Assembly: GCA_963846125.1 (NCBI GenBank)
Contig: CAWJUR010000001.1
Location: 182,835-246,834 of the forward strand
DNA from: an uncultured Acidimicrobiales bacterium
Lineage (GTDB): Bacteria > Actinomycetota > Acidimicrobiia > Acidimicrobiales > UBA8190
Direction of reading: 5' to 3'
DNA length: 64,000 nt
A program made the translations under genes and the position numbers. A model generated the notes under the pieces. That model saw only the letters and a program-made list of their open reading frames with translations. It was not told where the DNA came from and did not search any database. Positions 62,413 through 64,000 of the stretch are shown piece after piece. Position 1 is the first letter of the stretch; every line of letters begins with the position of its first letter.

Positions 62413-63024
62413 TCAGCTCTTTTCCATCTGGGCGTCGAGGATCTCTCGTAGGCGCGATCGTCCTCGGTGCAGCAATATCCGTTGGTTACCCACACCGATC
62501 CCGAGCACTGCGCAGGCTTCGTCGTTGGAGAGCCCTTCGACATCGCGCAGGATGACTACCTGGCGCTGCCGGGGGGGCAGTTCATCGAGGGCGGACCTGA
62601 GGACCGGCACCCAGGCGGCCGCGTCGAGACGGTCGTCGCTCTCCTCGGTCCAGTGGTCGAGAGGATCGGCCCATTGGCCCTGCGAGTCGAAACGGGCCGG
62701 GTCGACGGCCTGGAGTGTCTCGATCGAGACGTCGACGGGTTCCCGGGAACCAGCGGAGCGCGCTCGGTTGACCAGGATCCGAAACAGCCAGGTCTTCAAT
62801 GAAGAGCGGCCCTCAAACCGCTCGATGCCGCGGACCACACCCAGCCACGTGTCCTGGACGGCCTCTTCAGCCACGGCCAGATTGGACACCATTGAACAGG
62901 CTAGGCGCAGCATGGGCTGCTGGTAGCGAGCCACCAGCATCACGAACGCCTCCTCATCACCGGTGAGGACCCTGCTGAGCAGCTCGCCGTCCATCTCCAC
63001 GGCGCGAAGCGTAGGACGCCACAC
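62413..63024 (-). CDS. ECF (group 4) sigma-70 factor
   Basis: Region 2 AEEAVQDTWLGVVRGIERFEGRSSLKTWLFRILVNRA and region 4 QRQVVILRDVEGLSNDEACAVLGIGVGNQRILLHRGRSRLR. The start is GTG 63024 or ATG 62994. Confidence 0.9.
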   Translation of the reverse strand: MWRPTLRAVEMDGELLSRVLTGDEEAFVMLVARYQQPMLRLACSMVSNLAVAEEAVQDTWLGVVRGIERFEGRSSLKTWLFRILVNRARSAGSREPVDVSIETLQAVDPARFDSQGQWADPLDHWTEESDDRLDAAAWVPVLRSALDELPPRQRQVVILRDVEGLSNDEACAVLGIGVGNQRILLHRGRSRLREILDAQMEKS

Positions 63025-63230
63025 TGCGGTGCGGGGGGCGCCCAGGAGTCACGGCTTGGTGTCTCGGATTGCGGCGGTCGCCGGGCGTCTGGACATGGTC
63101 TTTCAGTCCTCAGTCACCTCGGAGGCGTTACATGACGTCGGAGTCGCCGGCGGATCAGGCACAAACGTAACGCCTGCCTGCATCCCGAGACTGTATTTCG
63201 ACACCATGAATCGTCGACAAAGGAGACCCA

Positions 63231-64000
63231 ATGATGAGACTCACTCGTGTGGCCGCAGGCGTCGGAGCGGTGCTGGCGTTATCCGCCTGGGTTGCACCTG
63301 TCGCCGGAGCTGAAGGGCCTCCGCCTGGCTCCCACTTCGGAGGTGGTGGCGATCACGCTGTCTTCGTCCAGACCGACAACATTGCCGGCAACCAGATCGT
63401 CGCCTATCACCGGGATCACGGCGGCTCCTTGGATCTAGCCAACACCTATGCCACCGGAGGGCTTGGGGGCGTGTTGAACGGCTCGGCGGTCGACCATCTG
63501 GGCTCGCAGGGCTCGCTGGCCTCCGATCCGACGCACGGCCTGCTCTACGCGGTGAATGCCGGCAGCAATACGGTGTCGGTGTTCTCGGTAAATGGCGACC
63601 ACCTCAGCCTGCGCCAGGTGGTGGACTCGGGCGGCACCTTTCCAGTCAGCATCGCCGTCCACGACGATCTGGTGTACGTCCTCAACGCCGAAAACGGTGG
63701 GAGCTTGTCGGGTTACCGTGTGGACGACGGTCGGCTCCACCGAATCTGGGGCTCGACTCGTTCTCTGGGCCTCACTATCCCCACCGACACCACCCAGTTC
63801 ACGCACACGCCTGGACAAGTGACCTTCTCGCCCAACGGTTCCCAGCTCATTGTGACAACGAAGGCCAATGTCATCGGCAATGACATCGACGTCTTTGGCG
63901 TCAGCCCTGACGGCCGACTCTCAGGATCCCCCGTGGTCAACTCCGAGCCGGGCACGGTTCCCTTCGCCGCCACCTTCGACCAAGCTGGTCACCTGGTGAT
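63231..64000 (+). CDS. Secreted beta-propeller protein (lactonase/7-bladed propeller, PF10282-like); C-terminus beyond the window
   Basis: Not in the ORF track because no stop lies in the window. ATGATG follows AAAGGAG. Signal peptide MMRLTRVAAGVGAVLALSAWVAPVAGA. Repeated blade motifs include LYAVNAGSNTVSVFSV, VYVLNAENGGSLSGYRV and SPNGSQLIVTTKA. Confidence 0.8.
   Translation, partial: MMRLTRVAAGVGAVLALSAWVAPVAGAEGPPPGSHFGGGGDHAVFVQTDNIAGNQIVAYHRDHGGSLDLANTYATGGLGGVLNGSAVDHLGSQGSLASDPTHGLLYAVNAGSNTVSVFSVNGDHLSLRQVVDSGGTFPVSIAVHDDLVYVLNAENGGSLSGYRVDDGRLHRIWGSTRSLGLTIPTDTTQFTHTPGQVTFSPNGSQLIVTTKANVIGNDIDVFGVSPDGRLSGSPVVNSEPGTVPFAATFDQAGHLV

Overview
High-GC chromosomal segment of an actinobacterium. 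The Actinomycetota call rests on a mycothiol-type DinB/TIGR03086 protein, an MMPL transporter, DUF2510 modules, an LAXTG sorting motif and Thr/Pro-rich linkers. Any finer placement is inference. I count about 70 protein genes or gene relics and one intact tRNA (tRNA-Glu, anticodon CUC). There is no rRNA and no CRISPR array.

Gene order, left to right:
- a marR-MFS efflux pair, a sigma-70 factor and ftsH
- assorted redox and hydrolase genes
- a cell-envelope block: two membrane-anchored SGNH hydrolases, a PLDc_N protein and a secreted adhesin-like protein
- an acyl-CoA block: acyl-CoA synthetase, thiolase, Rieske oxygenase and a family III CoA-transferase
- a GH43 protein with a paralogous coiled-coil partner
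- SDR, CMD, epimerase, methyltransferase and SRPBCC genes
- a 773-aa surface protein
- an MMPL transporter flanked by two receiver-only response regulators
- an AT-richer accessory patch (about 37.9-41.7 kb)
- aldolase, GHMP kinase, tesB and SQR-like genes
- a long AT-richer accessory stretch (about 48.5-61.8 kb), ending in a decayed integrative island of about 7.8 kb bounded by a 46-bp direct repeat of the 3-prime part of tRNA-Glu
- an ECF sigma / ZAS anti-sigma pair with a secreted beta-propeller

The most striking property is at least 17 reading-frame breaks concentrated in about 10 conserved genes, while long neighbouring genes are intact.

I could not demonstrate a clear-cut new multi-gene system. 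The best leads are:
- a conserved 165-aa two-cysteine module present three times in secreted proteins
- an internal LAFTG sorting signal followed by a 230-aa tail
- short helical-phase tandem repeat arrays abutting gene starts
- an orphan tRNA-like element next to tRNA-Glu
- the uncharacterised cargo of the tRNA-Glu island

GC statements are by eye and were not computed.
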